From contig CBDDDZ010000005.1 in NCBI GenBank assembly GCA_965226795.1, positions 1,184,001-1,248,000 on the forward strand: a DNA stretch of 64,000 nt. The letters are read 5' to 3'. The stretch is from Candidatus Latescibacterota bacterium (GTDB lineage Bacteria > Latescibacterota > UBA2968 > GCA-2709665). The notes under the pieces are model-generated. The model saw only the letters and a list, made by a program, of their open reading frames with translations, had not been told where the DNA came from and did no database searches. The stretch's first letter is position 1. Every line of letters begins with the position of its first letter. Positions 50,423-61,470 of this stretch are shown in pieces. The position numbers were made by a program, and so were the translations under genes.

Positions 50423-52222
50423 ATGCAGAACGGCATCGCCGTGCTGGATTTCGGCGGGCAATATGCCCATCTGATCGCAAATCGCATCCGCCGCTTGCGC
50501 GTTTATTCGGAAGTCTTCCTGCCCACCGTAGACACCTCTGAAATCGACGGATTTTCGGGCTTGATTCTGTCTGGAGGTCCCGCGAGTGTCTACGATCCGG
50601 AACAGCCGGCGTTCAATTCGGAACACCTGCGTTCCGGACTGCCCGTGCTCGGCCTCTGCTACGGCCATCAACTGGTCTGCCAGGAACTGGGCGGCGACGT
50701 AGCCCGGGGGGACGTCCGCGAATACGGTTCGGCGGAACTGCGGATTCGTTCGAGGTCCGGGCTGTTCGCGGGCATGGAGGCATCTCAGGTGGTGTGGATG
50801 AGCCACGGCGACGTGGCCAGCCGCCTGCCGGAGGGGTTCGAGGTGCTGGGTGCGACGGAAGATTGCGCAACGGCCGCGGTGGGGGACATGCGGCGCAACC
50901 TCTACGGACTGCAATTCCACCCCGAGGTTGCGCATACCGCCCGCGGAATGGAAATGCTGGATAATTTCCTTAATATCTGCAACGCGCCGCGTACCTGGAC
51001 CATGGCCAATTACGCGGAAACGGCGATGGAACAGATTCAAGAGCAGGTGGGCCGGAAACGCGTGTTTCTGCTGGTTTCGGGCGGCGTGGATTCAAGCGTG
51101 GCTTTCGCGCTGTTTAACCGGGCGCTTGGACCGGAGAGAGTGCTGGGGCTGCATATCAACAACGGGTTCATGCGCAAGGGAGAGTCCGCCGACGTGGCGG
51201 AAGCGCTCCGGGACGAAGGATTCGCAAATCTCGTTGTAGAGGATGCCACGCAGGAATTCCTGCTTAGCGTGGAGGGTATGGTGGAACCGGAACAGAAGCG
51301 GCTGGCCGTTGGCCGGGCGTTTCTCGAAGTCAAAGATCGCGTGCTGGTCCGGATGGAACTGGATTCGGAAGGCTGGCTGCTGGGGCAGGGTACTCTCTAT
51401 CCGGATACCATCGAGTCTGGGGGTACGGAACATTCGGCGGTAATCAAGACGCACCACAACCGGGTGGACGTGGTCGAGGAATTGATCGCCCGGGGACTGG
51501 TAATCGAACCGCTGGTGCATCTGTACAAAGACGAAGTGCGCGAACTGGGGGTCGCCCTGGGCCTGCCACCGCATCTGGTATGGCGCCAGCCTTTTCCCGG
51601 TCCGGGACTGTCTGTGCGCTGCCTCTGCTCCCGAGGCGAAGGAGCCGGCCCGACGATCGCCGCCGCCGAGGAAGCAGCCCGTGAAATAGCCGCCCGCGCG
51701 GGGCTTGGGCTCCGTGTGCTCCCGCTCCGGAGCGTGGGCGTCCAGGGAGACTTCCGTACCTACGCGCACCCGGCGGTTGTCTGGGGAGAGACCGACTGGG
51801 CGATATTGGAGGACGTCTCCACGCGAATTACGAATGCCATACACGCGATTAACAGGGTGGTGTATCTGCTGGCGCCATCGTCGCTTCCCGCGCTGAAGCT
51901 GAAACGGGCATTCCTGACGCGGGCCCGTCTGGATCTGCTCAGAGACGTGGATGCGCTCGCGATGGCTGCACTTGAGCGCGAGTGCCTGTCGACGACGGTG
52001 TCCCAGATGCCCACCGTCTTGTTGCCGCTGACATCCGACGGTATCGCGGAAACCGTGGTTTTGAGACCGGTGGAGACGCCGGACTTCATGACGGCGCGGT
52101 TTTCCGCGCTGCCGCATGATTTCGTGCAGAATCTCGCAGGTGAGATTCTGGCAGAAGAGGGCGTGGAGGCGGTGTTTTACGATGTGACGCACAAACCGCC
52201 GGGAACGGTCGAGTGGGAGTAG
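50423..52222 (+). CDS. guaA: GMP synthase (glutamine-hydrolysing), long form
   Basis: LDFGGQY, GLCYGHQ, QFHPEV, SGGVDS, QGTLYPD, IKTHHN, PFPGPGL, KPPGTVEWE. Confidence 0.96.
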   Translation: MQNGIAVLDFGGQYAHLIANRIRRLRVYSEVFLPTVDTSEIDGFSGLILSGGPASVYDPEQPAFNSEHLRSGLPVLGLCYGHQLVCQELGGDVARGDVREYGSAELRIRSRSGLFAGMEASQVVWMSHGDVASRLPEGFEVLGATEDCATAAVGDMRRNLYGLQFHPEVAHTARGMEMLDNFLNICNAPRTWTMANYAETAMEQIQEQVGRKRVFLLVSGGVDSSVAFALFNRALGPERVLGLHINNGFMRKGESADVAEALRDEGFANLVVEDATQEFLLSVEGMVEPEQKRLAVGRAFLEVKDRVLVRMELDSEGWLLGQGTLYPDTIESGGTEHSAVIKTHHNRVDVVEELIARGLVIEPLVHLYKDEVRELGVALGLPPHLVWRQPFPGPGLSVRCLCSRGEGAGPTIAAAEEAAREIAARAGLGLRVLPLRSVGVQGDFRTYAHPAVVWGETDWAILEDVSTRITNAIHAINRVVYLLAPSSLPALKLKRAFLTRARLDLLRDVDALAMAALERECLSTTVSQMPTVLLPLTSDGIAETVVLRPVETPDFMTARFSALPHDFVQNLAGEILAEEGVEAVFYDVTHKPPGTVEWE

Positions 52223-52325
52223 GGACAGGATCCCGGAACGTCGTCCGGTACGCGGCGGTTTCATCCGTCGGCGCGGCCCGTTACATTGCAAAGTGGCGGT
52301 TTATCCCGACGAGGAGGAGAAAGCC

Positions 52326-52763
52326 ATGCATGAGGTCAATTATCTCGCTGTATTGATCGCCGGTATTGTACCGATGTTCGTCGGCGCCATCTGGTATGGG
52401 CCGTTGTTCGGAAAGCGGTGGCTCGAATGTATGGAGACGACCGAGGAGGAGATACGGAAGGACTTCAACCCTATGAAGACATACGGTGCGAGCTTTCTTC
52501 TGGCGCTTGTAACCGCGTTCATCCTGGCGCAGCTTCTCGCCGGTATGGGTGGGCCCCCTAACGTCGCTTCGCTACAGGGGAGTGGAGGAAACGCGATGGT
52601 TGGCGTCCACCTGGCCTTGATGGCGCTGATCGCCTTTGTGTTGCCGGTGGCGTACCAGTCAGTGGCGTTCGAGGGACGGAAGGCAGGCCTGTTCTGGCTC
52701 AGTCTGGGGTACAACGGGGTGGCGCTTCTCGGACAGGCGCTGGTCATTACGATCTGGATCTGA
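52326..52763 (+). CDS. DUF1761 family membrane protein
   Basis: VNYLAVL...GAIWYGPLFGKRW; four TM segments; GAGGAG RBS. Confidence 0.8.
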   Translation: MHEVNYLAVLIAGIVPMFVGAIWYGPLFGKRWLECMETTEEEIRKDFNPMKTYGASFLLALVTAFILAQLLAGMGGPPNVASLQGSGGNAMVGVHLALMALIAFVLPVAYQSVAFEGRKAGLFWLSLGYNGVALLGQALVITIWI

Positions 52764-52901
52764 CGCGATCACGCCGCCGTCTCACACGCGGTGTTACGGA
52801 GATCAAGGGGTACAACCGGGGGGCCGACAGTCAACGGGGAAAATGTCTGGACGTCAATTCGGAACTGGAAAGAAACCGGGGTCGGTTGGAATTGCAAACG
52901 G

Positions 52902-53591
52902 TCAGTCGGAGGCGACGGCCGTTTTTTCGTCCAGAGCCAAGCCGCCCAGTGCAAAGCGATCGATCTGGACGGATTGCTCGGCGAGCCCGTGGCGGGCGGC
53001 GAAAGCGGCCTTGACCCTCGAACCGAGAAGGACGCAGATGAAGAAGACGGCGCCCCCCGCGAGCATGAGGTTGGTGAGATTCAGCAGGTTTCCGATCAGC
53101 ACAAAGAGCAGGTACCGAGGAAACCGTCCGAGAAACACGGCGACCACGTATCGATGCAGAGGATAACCGCTTGCGGGACTGAGGATCCGGAATATGTAGA
53201 ACGGAATAAACGGAACCAGCGCCGCGAACCAGATGGCAAAAAACGGCGCTTTCATGAAATAATGAACAGCGCCCTTATAGACATCGCTCTCACGTGTCCG
53301 CTTGATCCTGGGGTTCTGAAAGGCGAAGTTGATGGCCTGGTAGTCCACGAAGCAGGCGATCATCGTGCCGGCGACGGCGGCAAACGCAACCACGACGGGA
53401 TGGTAGGATCGGCCCAGGAAAACCAGCGCAGGTTCGAGGGGGAAAGGAACGAAAGAGTTGGCGGGAATGCTGTAGAAGAAAAGGAGCGAGAGGTTTCGGT
53501 AATCCGGCAACAAGATCGCCGCTACGCCGGCAATCGTGAACAGGCCGGCCGACGCGCCGAGAAAACGTTTCCAACCCTTACTCATTTTCAT
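52902..53591 (-). CDS. DedA/VTT-domain membrane protein
   Basis: FVPFPLEP, AGTMIA, PFIPFY, GRFPRY. Confidence 0.7.
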   Translation of the reverse strand: MKMSKGWKRFLGASAGLFTIAGVAAILLPDYRNLSLLFFYSIPANSFVPFPLEPALVFLGRSYHPVVVAFAAVAGTMIACFVDYQAINFAFQNPRIKRTRESDVYKGAVHYFMKAPFFAIWFAALVPFIPFYIFRILSPASGYPLHRYVVAVFLGRFPRYLLFVLIGNLLNLTNLMLAGGAVFFICVLLGSRVKAAFAARHGLAEQSVQIDRFALGGLALDEKTAVASD

Positions 53592-53735
53592 AACCGTTAG
53601 ACCCTTGTTCCGGAGGGAAGTCCTGCCGCAGAAATATAAGTGAATCTTTTAAATATGTCAACTTGTTTGCAGTTCGCGTTCTGAATATCCCTGATTTGTG
53701 TATTTGACTTTCGTATTGAGGGCGGGGAACGACTC

Positions 53736-55088
53736 CTAAAAGGTGCTTTCAGATGTTGTTCCCGGGCACCAGCGGGCCGTGGTCAACGCCGGGATGAGGG
53801 CGTTCAATGCCGCGGGGGTGCCGATTCGTCTGAGTGCTTCGGCCGCGTTGCCTCGCACGTACCGGTTCTCGTCCGCAAGCCCGTCAACGAGGTCCGGAAG
53901 GGCGGATTCCGCTCCTGGTCCCAGTTTGGCCAGGGCAAGTGCGGCTGTACGCCGCGTGTCGCCGTCGGTGTCTTTCATTTGTTTTTGCAAGCCTGAAACC
54001 ACGGCCGGTTCAACAACGGCGACATTCCCCAGGGCTTCCGCAGACCAGCGGCGGACGTCCGGGTTTCCGTGTCCGAGCGTCCCGACCAGGCGCGGGACCG
54101 CTTCTTCTGCGCCCCTGCCGATATCCGCCAGGATCTCAACAGCCAGCGCAGGGTCGTTTTCAATCCTATCGATCACGCTCGGAACCGCCGGCGCGCCGAT
54201 TGCGCTGAGCGCATAGGCCACGTTGCGACGCAAGGATTCAGTCCCGTCGTCCAGAAGTTTCGTAAGGGTGGGAATGGCGGGCGTAGCCGTCGCGGCGAGG
54301 CGGTAGGCGGCATTCAGGGCGACGTTTTCGTCTGCATGGTCCAGGTCTCGCGCGATACTCGGCGCCGGCGCGTTCACGCCCTCTGTGGATGACCGTCCCC
54401 GGTGCCAGTGCCAGAGGTGGTCCCACAGCGCGGTGCGATCTCCCGCGTGTTTCCAGCCATCCCGTGTCCGGCGCCCGGCGGAGGAATGCCGCCAGCTCGG
54501 GCCAACCGGTTCCTGCATCCTGACGAACAGGAACTTCATCATATAGCGGGACCGTTCGCCGGTATTGGGCATAGCACGGTGCCACAGGTCGTAATGTACG
54601 ATCGTGACGTCACCCGCTTCGCCGCAGAGCGGCAGTTCGTCACTGTCTTCGGCGCTGTAGGTATTGTTGAAGTGACTGCCCGGCACCACACCTGTGGGTC
54701 CCAGACGGGTCGGCGTAGACTGGGGATAATAGAACGCCATGGCCCATCGTGTATGGTGATGGCGCCGGCTCCACCCGTCTTTATGCATACGCTGGCCGGG
54801 GCTTCCCGGCGGGTTGCAGTGGCAGTGGCGATGAGGATGCATGTAGTGGTTGGCGCCCAGCAGGCCGGTGAGCGCGCCGGCCACGTTCGGGTCATCGAAG
54901 ACCTGCCGGATTTCGGGCAGTCGCGGCAGAAGGTTATTCCCGGGGTTACCCTCTCTTTTGAATATGTAATCGGTGCGGTCGTAGATGTCCCGATGAAATT
55001 CCGGCGGAAGTTCCGTTCTGACGGTAATGAAGCCGTTGACGACGTAGAACCGCATCTGTTCGTCCGTGAGCAGCTTGATTTCGCGCAT
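53736..55088 (-). CDS. PhyH-family dioxygenase fused to HEAT/PBS-lyase repeats
   Basis: NGF, HKD, GPTGVVPGSH, LWHR; C-terminal VRRxAAxAL repeats. Confidence 0.85.
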   Translation of the reverse strand: MREIKLLTDEQMRFYVVNGFITVRTELPPEFHRDIYDRTDYIFKREGNPGNNLLPRLPEIRQVFDDPNVAGALTGLLGANHYMHPHRHCHCNPPGSPGQRMHKDGWSRRHHHTRWAMAFYYPQSTPTRLGPTGVVPGSHFNNTYSAEDSDELPLCGEAGDVTIVHYDLWHRAMPNTGERSRYMMKFLFVRMQEPVGPSWRHSSAGRRTRDGWKHAGDRTALWDHLWHWHRGRSSTEGVNAPAPSIARDLDHADENVALNAAYRLAATATPAIPTLTKLLDDGTESLRRNVAYALSAIGAPAVPSVIDRIENDPALAVEILADIGRGAEEAVPRLVGTLGHGNPDVRRWSAEALGNVAVVEPAVVSGLQKQMKDTDGDTRRTAALALAKLGPGAESALPDLVDGLADENRYVRGNAAEALRRIGTPAALNALIPALTTARWCPGTTSESTF

Positions 55089-55109
55089 GAGAGAACCTCT
55101 TTTCCCCCA

Positions 55110-56298
55110 TCACATCTGCCGACGCCCGGGTTGTCGGGGGTGCGCCAGCAGGGCTTCCTCGACAACGTCCGTGCCCCAGCCCGGCCCATTCGGGATGGCC
55201 ATGTGTCCGTCCACGATCCGCGGCGGATCTGTGACCAGGTCGTCTTTCCATGGCACGTCGTCGATGTCGATTTCCATGATGCGCACGTTGGGCAAGACGG
55301 CGCAATGGCTCGCACTGATGAACGATGCGAGGTGGCTGTAGTAGTTGTGCGGCGCCACGTTCAACTGATAGACTTCAGCGAGGTCCCCGATTTTCTTTGA
55401 CTGGGAGAAGCCGTTCCACGGTACATCGACCATGAACACGTCGGCCGCATGGCGTTCAAAATACGGAATATAGCCGCGCATGTGGAACAAATTTTCGCCG
55501 GTGCAGATTGGCGTGTTTGTAGACTGTCTGATCTTCAGGATAGCTTCCGGGTCGTACATGTCGATTTCAAGCCAGAGCAGGTTGAATGGTTCCAGGATTT
55601 TCGCGATTCGCCTGCAGGCTTCCGGCTTGAAGTTGAAGTTGAGATCCAGGTTGATATCCACATCGGGTCCGACGGCTTCCCTCAGAGTACCCACCAGAGT
55701 TTCGATATGGGTCAGCAGGCGCGCCGAGATGGCCTGGTCGGTCGTTCCGGGTTTCCCGGCAAATCCCGGAAAGTAGACGGAGCCGGGATTGCCGGGCATG
55801 AGGATGTTGGTCTTGAGCGCCGTGAAGCCTTTCTGGACGACTTCCCGACCCAGCGCGGCTACGTCCGCTCAGGTCGCGCACCGGCGGCGTTCCGATGAGT
55901 TCGTGCGCGCGGATGCGGCTTGTGCCGCAGTGCGACCAGTAGAGACGGATATCGTCACGGGTCGGGCCCCCGAAAAGCTCGGTTACGGATATCCCGAGGG
56001 ACCGTGCTTTAATGTCGACCAGGGCCAGTTCGATGCCGGCGATGGCTTTGGCTGTTGCGCCGTCCGGGCTCTGGCGGCCCCATCGGGCCATATCCCAGAA
56101 TCGCATTTCAAACGGGCGCGGGTCCTTGCCGACGAGTACGGGTTTGAGGTCTTCGATGGCGCCCTCGATGCTGAGGGGCATCTTGTCGTCGCTGCATTCG
56201 CCCCATCCGGTGATACCGTCGTCGGTTTCCACCTTGACGAATAACCAGCAACGCCAGCCCGCGTCGACGTGGAATGTCCGGATGTCGGTGATTCGCAT
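55110..56298 (-). CDS. Mandelate racemase/enolase-superfamily (galactonate-dehydratase-like) enzyme; one frameshift at ~55867
   Basis: FVKVETDDGITGWGE, ALVDIKA, YWSH / GFTALK, DLN, WLE, TGE, APHN. Confidence 0.85.
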
Positions 56299-56356
56299 TG
56301 AACTCGACCTTTCAGCGATTCCCGGCCGCCGGCCGGCCTGATGCGATGGCATCCGA

Positions 56357-56397
56357 ATAAAGAAACAGGGGTGCTTTCTTGCCCCCCTGCTTCTTTA
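56357..56397 (-). terminator. Rho-independent terminator after glnA
   Basis: Minus strand CAGGGGGGC-aagaaa-GCACCCCTG then TTTCTTTATT. Confidence 0.6.
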
Positions 56398-56424
56398 ATT
56401 GCGTGCGTTGTCTGCAGTTGGGTA

Positions 56425-57843
56425 TTACGCGTCGTAATAAAGCGCGAATTCGTAAGGATGCGGCCTTAGTCGGAGCGGGTCGATCTCGTTCTCCCGCTTG
56501 TAACTGATCCACGTATCGACAACGTCTTGCGTGAAAACGTCACCCTTGAGAAGGAATTCGTGATCGGCTTCAAGCGCGTCGATGGATTCGGCCAACGATC
56601 CGGGAGTCTGGGGAATCTTGGCGAGATCTTCGGGCGCCAGTTCGTAGAGATCCTTGTCCATCGGTTTGCCCGGATCGATCTTGTTCTGGATCCCATCCAG
56701 ACCGGCCATAAGCATGGCTGCAAATGCCAGGTAGGGGTTACACGTGGGGTCCGGACAGCGAAACTCGATCCGCTTGGCCTTCGGGCTGGGGGAATACATC
56801 GGGATGCGCACGCACGCGCTTCGGTTGCGCTGGGAGTAGGCCAGGTTGACCGGGGCCTCGTAGCCGGGTACGAGGCGTTTGTAGGAGTTGGTGGTCGGCG
56901 CGGCGAAAGCCAGCAGCGCCGGTGCGTGCTTGAGGATGCCGCCGGCGTAATGGAGCGCCGCGTCGCTCAAGCCCGCGTAACCGGAGCCCGCGAACAGGGG
57001 GTCGTCGCCGTTCCACAGGCTCTGATGGACGTGCATCCCGGTACCGTTGTCTTCAAAGAGCGGTTTGGGCATAAACGTGGCGGTTTTACCGTGCCGTTTT
57101 GCGGTGTTCTTCACGATCCACTTGTACTTGATGAGCTGATCGGCGCACGATACAAGCGGCGCGAAGCGGAAATCGATTTCGCACTGGCCGCCGGTCGCCA
57201 CTTCATGGTGGTGCGCTTCCACGTTGATTCCGCAGTCAATCATAAGCAGGATCATTTCGCTCCGGATATCCTGCAGGGAGTCCGTGGGAGGCACCGGAAA
57301 GTACCCCTCCTTGAGGCGGGGTTTGTAACCCAGGTTCGGACGCTCGTCGCGGCCGGAATTCCAGCAGCCTTCGACCGAATCGACGTAATAGTATCCCGAA
57401 TTGTGCGTCTGGTCGAAGCGGATATCGTCGAAGACGAAGAACTCGGCCTCAGGGCCGAAGGTGGCCACGTCCGCGATTCCTGTGGATTTGAGGTAATTCT
57501 CGGCCTTTTGCGCCACGGTTCTGGGGTCGCGGGTGTATCGTTCTCGCGTGATCGGATCTTCGATGTTGCAGATTATCACGAGCGTGGGGATTTCAAGGAA
57601 GGGATCGATAAAGGCCGTATTGGAATCGGGGACGATGAGCATGTCGCTTTCGTCGATGGATTGCCAGCCACGGATGCTGGAACCATCGAAGCCGAGACCG
57701 TCTTCGAAGGTATCTTCGTCGACTTCGCCCGCGGGCTGGGAAAAGTGCTGCCACAGACCAGGAAAGTCCGTAAACCGGAAATCCACGATTTTCACGTTGT
57801 TTTCCCTGATCATGTCAAGGACTTCATGAGGTGTTCGGCCCAT
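56425..57843 (-). CDS. glnA: Type I glutamine synthetase
   Basis: [58 protein letters not shown]. Confidence 0.97.
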   Translation of the reverse strand: MGRTPHEVLDMIRENNVKIVDFRFTDFPGLWQHFSQPAGEVDEDTFEDGLGFDGSSIRGWQSIDESDMLIVPDSNTAFIDPFLEIPTLVIICNIEDPITRERYTRDPRTVAQKAENYLKSTGIADVATFGPEAEFFVFDDIRFDQTHNSGYYYVDSVEGCWNSGRDERPNLGYKPRLKEGYFPVPPTDSLQDIRSEMILLMIDCGINVEAHHHEVATGGQCEIDFRFAPLVSCADQLIKYKWIVKNTAKRHGKTATFMPKPLFEDNGTGMHVHQSLWNGDDPLFAGSGYAGLSDAALHYAGGILKHAPALLAFAAPTTNSYKRLVPGYEAPVNLAYSQRNRSACVRIPMYSPSPKAKRIEFRCPDPTCNPYLAFAAMLMAGLDGIQNKIDPGKPMDKDLYELAPEDLAKIPQTPGSLAESIDALEADHEFLLKGDVFTQDVVDTWISYKRENEIDPLRLRPHPYEFALYYDA

Positions 57844-58082
57844 TCTACCGCTCCTTTCTCGTGTCGGAAGTTGTACGGTCTATATTAATAGATAATAACG
57901 AATCCGGAACGGCGCAAATATACGGGGCATATATTTCATATAGATTGCAGATATGTTAAATATATATTAATAGCGTTGTCTGCCCGCCTTGCGTGAATTA
58001 TGTGGCCGGTGCAATACCACCGGCATCGCGGCACCGGCGAGGAGATGAAGATTTCCCCTATTCCGTAGCTTCCGCAAAAGGC

Positions 58083-58111
58083 TTGACAATGCAGTTGCAT
58101 TCGTTTATCAT
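58083..58111 (+). promoter_or_regulatory. Sigma70-like promoter upstream of the hrcA operon, with a spacer palindrome
   Basis: TTGACA-17 bp-TATCAT; AATGCA-gt-TGCATT at 58088-58101. Confidence 0.65.
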
Positions 58112-58240
58112 TTGTTGGAATATGGAGTTAGCCAGGTTTCGAAACCTGAAACAGCACGCTGTCATCCGGGTTGGTCTTGCCGTGCGGCATGCGTGTAACG
58201 CCACCCTTCAGGTTGTCCTCTCTCCCCCGGAAGAAGCAGT

Positions 58241-58420
58241 CTACTGTTCTGTCCCGGAAATAGATTGCCGATATCCGGCCGTCGAGTCGCCCGTCTCGCA
58301 AGGCGTCTGCGACCTGTGGAAGGATGGCGAGCGGGTTTCGATAAGCTCAACGCGCGCAACGTAGCGAGACCGGATGAACCAGCGGACGAATGGTAATATG
58401 GTTCCGGGACAAAACAACAG
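58241..58420 (-). mobile_element. MITE-like element, family A, copy 3
   Basis: TIRs TGTTCTGTCCCGGAA / TTCCGGGACAAAACA; reverse strand aligns with copy 1 (TTCATCCgGTCTCGCT, CGCCTTGCGAG, GGGCGACTCGACGGCCG, CTATTTCCGGGACAGAACA). Confidence 0.75.
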
Positions 58421-58500
58421 GGCTGGTTTTCTTCTTCTCAACGGGCGTCTCCCCCGGCCCCCGCGGTAATTCTCTGACTCCAGGAGAAGGGGTGGGTCGT

Positions 58501-59532
58501 ATGGTGCATTTACAGCAGCGGGAAGCAGCGATTCTGAATATTCTCATCAGTACGCACGTCAATACCGGCGGGCCCGTTGGATCGCGGGCAATCGCCAGGT
58601 CCGGACTGGGTCTCAGTTCCGCCACGGTGCGCAACTCGATGGCCGACCTGGAGGAGAAGGGCATGCTCACCCATCCGCATACGTCGGCCGGTCGCGTCCC
58701 CACGGATAAAGGCTACCGCTATTACGTCGACAGAGTGATGCCCAGGCAGACTCTGGAGGAAGAGGAACGCGAACAGATCCGCGAGCGGGTACGGGCATAC
58801 GTCCGGGAGGGCGAAATCGAAGTATTGCTCGAGCAGCTGTCGAAGGTGATCGCCGATCTTTCAATGAATCTGGGAATGGTTCTCTCGCCCAGGTTCGAGC
58901 GGGGGGTTTTCGACCGTCTGGAAATGGTCCATCTGTCCGAGGGCAGGCTCCTGCTGGTGCTTGCAATCAAGTCGGGGCTGGTGAAGACAATGGTGATGGA
59001 GGTAGACTCCGCCGTTACCCCGGGCGAACTGGATGAAACGTCGCGGGCGGTAAACGAGCGCCTGTCCGGTCTCAACGTGGCGGAAATCAGAGATTCGGTC
59101 GCCGAACGGCTCCGTGAGGTTTCAAACGGATCTCCCAGACTCCTGCGGGTGCTGTGTGATAGCGCGCCAAACCTTTTCCGCTTCCAGAGCGGTATGGATT
59201 TGCACTTCGGCGGGGCCGGCAACTTCATTATGCAGCCGGAATTCAACCGCAAGCAAAACGATCTGGCGGCCCTGATGGAATTGCTTGAAGCCCGGGAACC
59301 GATGATTACGATTCTGGACGAACGGACCGAACAGGACGGAATTTCCGTGACGATCGGCACCGAAAACGGACCGCCGGAACTCCGCGGCTGCAGCGTGCTT
59401 ACATCGAGATATCGGGTTGGCGCCATCTCGGGAGTTATCGGGCTGATCGGCCCCACCCGCATCCCGTACGCGAGGCTCATTCCTCTGACCCGGTATATGG
59501 CGGCCCTGGCCGAGGAAATGTTGGATCATTAG
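58501..59532 (+). CDS. hrcA: Heat-inducible transcription repressor
   Basis: PVGSR, SSATVRNSMADLE, HTSAGRVPTDKGYRYYV, IGPTRIPY. Confidence 0.95.
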   Translation: MVHLQQREAAILNILISTHVNTGGPVGSRAIARSGLGLSSATVRNSMADLEEKGMLTHPHTSAGRVPTDKGYRYYVDRVMPRQTLEEEEREQIRERVRAYVREGEIEVLLEQLSKVIADLSMNLGMVLSPRFERGVFDRLEMVHLSEGRLLLVLAIKSGLVKTMVMEVDSAVTPGELDETSRAVNERLSGLNVAEIRDSVAERLREVSNGSPRLLRVLCDSAPNLFRFQSGMDLHFGGAGNFIMQPEFNRKQNDLAALMELLEAREPMITILDERTEQDGISVTIGTENGPPELRGCSVLTSRYRVGAISGVIGLIGPTRIPYARLIPLTRYMAALAEEMLDH

Positions 59533-59553
59533 CGGGAGGATACACGGGCGCAT

Positions 59554-60147
59554 ATGGTGAAATCTGACGAAGTCAACGGCGAGGAAACACAGGAGGAAAT
59601 CACCGACGCGGAAGCTTCCAAGGAAGTGAAAGCGCCGGATCCGCTGGCGGAAGCCCTCCGGGAGTCGGAAGAGTACAAGGATCGGTGGCTTCGGCTGGTG
59701 GCCGAGTTCGACAACTATAAGAAACGGAGGACAAGGGAATTCGATGCCCTGGTGCAATCGGCCAGCGAGAACCTGATTCGAGAGTTGCTGCCGGTTCTCG
59801 ATTCGGTCGCTCGGGCGTTAGACCATCGCGCCGACGGCGAAGACGATTCCGAGGGGTTCAAACAGGGCGTCACCATGATTATGGAGCAATTCCCCAAAGT
59901 CCTCCAGCGTCGCGGTCTTTCGGAGATTGAGGCCGTGGGGCAGCCGTTCGATCCCAACTTTCACGAAGCGCTGATGCAGATGTCTTCAGATCAGCATGCC
60001 GAGGGGCTGGTGATGGGCGTGGTGGAACGAGGGTACCGTCTGGGCAATAAAGTCGTACGCCCGGCAAAGGTTGTCGTGAGCGGGGGGAGCGCCGGGGAGG
60101 AACCCGAAAGCGAAGAAGAAGGCGAGAAAGAGAGTGGAGCACGGTAA
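59554..60147 (+). CDS. grpE: Nucleotide exchange factor GrpE
   Basis: AEFDNYKKR, LLPVLD, FDPNFHEA, GY...VVRPAKVVV. Confidence 0.95.
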   Translation: MVKSDEVNGEETQEEITDAEASKEVKAPDPLAEALRESEEYKDRWLRLVAEFDNYKKRRTREFDALVQSASENLIRELLPVLDSVARALDHRADGEDDSEGFKQGVTMIMEQFPKVLQRRGLSEIEAVGQPFDPNFHEALMQMSSDQHAEGLVMGVVERGYRLGNKVVRPAKVVVSGGSAGEEPESEEEGEKESGAR

Positions 60148-60204
60148 TTCTGAGCAGGGCCGGAAATCGGCTCTGTTGTCTGTTTTGCCCGACAGGAACG
60201 AATA

Positions 60205-61362
60205 ATGTCCAAACGCGACTATTATGAGGTTCTCGGGTTGCAACGGGAAGCAACCGAGAGCGACATAAAAAAAGCCTACCGCAAGCAGGCGATGAAATAT
60301 CACCCCGATCGGAACGCGGACGATGAAGAGGCTGCAGCCAGATTCAAGGAGGCCGCCGAAGCGTACGAGGTCCTGGGCGATGCCCAGAAACGCCGGGTCT
60401 ACGATCAGTATGGGCATGCGGGCCTGGGCGGGCCGTTCAAGGGCGGGGGATTTCAATGGTCCGACTTCACCCACGCAACCGATTTCGAGGATATTTTCTC
60501 CAACCTCGACGACGTTTTCGGCGGTGGTATTCTGGGCGATCTGTTCGCCCGCCGCGGCGGGCGGCGCGGCCCCCAGCGCGGGGAAGACCTCCGTATTCCG
60601 CTCCGGTTGACCCTGGACGAGATCGCGTCCGGCGTCCAGAAGAAGATACGGTTTGCGCGGATGGACAGGTGCGACACCTGCGGTGGGGGCGGAGCCCGGT
60701 CCGGCGCGGCCGCCAGGACCTGCAGCGTTTGCAATGGGATGGGGCAGGTGCGACAGGCCACGCGATCGCTGTTCGGTCAGTTTGTGAATGTAACCACGTG
60801 CCCCCAGTGCAACGGCGAAGGCAAGGTGATCGGCGACCGCTGTCCCGATTGCGGGGGAGAGGGCAGGGCGAAAAAGACCGTCAGTCTGGCCGTCAATATC
60901 CCGGCGGGCGTCACCGACGGTAACTACATCCCGTTGCGGGGGCAGGGCAGCATCGGACCCCGTGATGGCCCCGCCGGAGATTGCATGGTGCTGATCGAAG
61001 AGGCGGAGCACGAGCATTTCGAGCGGCACGGCAACGATATACTCTATGAGTTGCCCATCAGCTTCAGCCAGGCGGCGCTTGGCGCCGAGGTGACGGTGCC
61101 CACGTTGAACAGCAGGGCGGAAATGAAAATTCCGTCCGGAACCCAGTCCGGGCAGATTTTTCGCCTGAAGGGCAAGGGGATTCCCGAACTGAACGGGTAC
61201 CGTACCGGAGACCAGCTCGTCCGCGTGATGGTCTGGACGCCCGCGCGCCTGAACGACGAGGAGCAGAGGCTGTTCAGACAACTCTCGGAACTTGAAAATA
61301 TCCAGCCCCCTGAGGGCGGAAAGGGCTTATTCGAACGCATGAAGGGGGCGTTCGGCGGTTAG
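60205..61362 (+). CDS. dnaJ: Molecular chaperone DnaJ
   Basis: J-domain HPD, G/F region, four CxxCxGxG repeats. Confidence 0.97.
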   Translation: MSKRDYYEVLGLQREATESDIKKAYRKQAMKYHPDRNADDEEAAARFKEAAEAYEVLGDAQKRRVYDQYGHAGLGGPFKGGGFQWSDFTHATDFEDIFSNLDDVFGGGILGDLFARRGGRRGPQRGEDLRIPLRLTLDEIASGVQKKIRFARMDRCDTCGGGGARSGAAARTCSVCNGMGQVRQATRSLFGQFVNVTTCPQCNGEGKVIGDRCPDCGGEGRAKKTVSLAVNIPAGVTDGNYIPLRGQGSIGPRDGPAGDCMVLIEEAEHEHFERHGNDILYELPISFSQAALGAEVTVPTLNSRAEMKIPSGTQSGQIFRLKGKGIPELNGYRTGDQLVRVMVWTPARLNDEEQRLFRQLSELENIQPPEGGKGLFERMKGAFGG

Positions 61363-61470
61363 GGGAAATCCCCCGTGTGATTCGGTCCTGCAATATAGAC
61401 GCCCCGTGTACCCGCGCGGGGCGCTGTTGTTTCTGTAAGGAGCAACCGTCACCAAACCGGGCCGTCACGA

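Noticed and set aside
56527..57888. Long antisense ORFs (opposite glnA; likewise dnaJ 59986-61281, guaA 51092-52291, M20 46512-47633)
   Set aside because: Shadow ORFs expected from high-GC codon bias opposite well-conserved genes.
57993..58364. 123-aa ORF between glnA and hrcA
   Set aside because: It overlaps a promoter and runs into the MITE; no recognisable motifs.
58230..58436. 6S RNA-like long hairpin upstream of hrcA
   Set aside because: The closing stem is the TIR pair of a repeat also present at 20210 and 26032, so a MITE explains it better.
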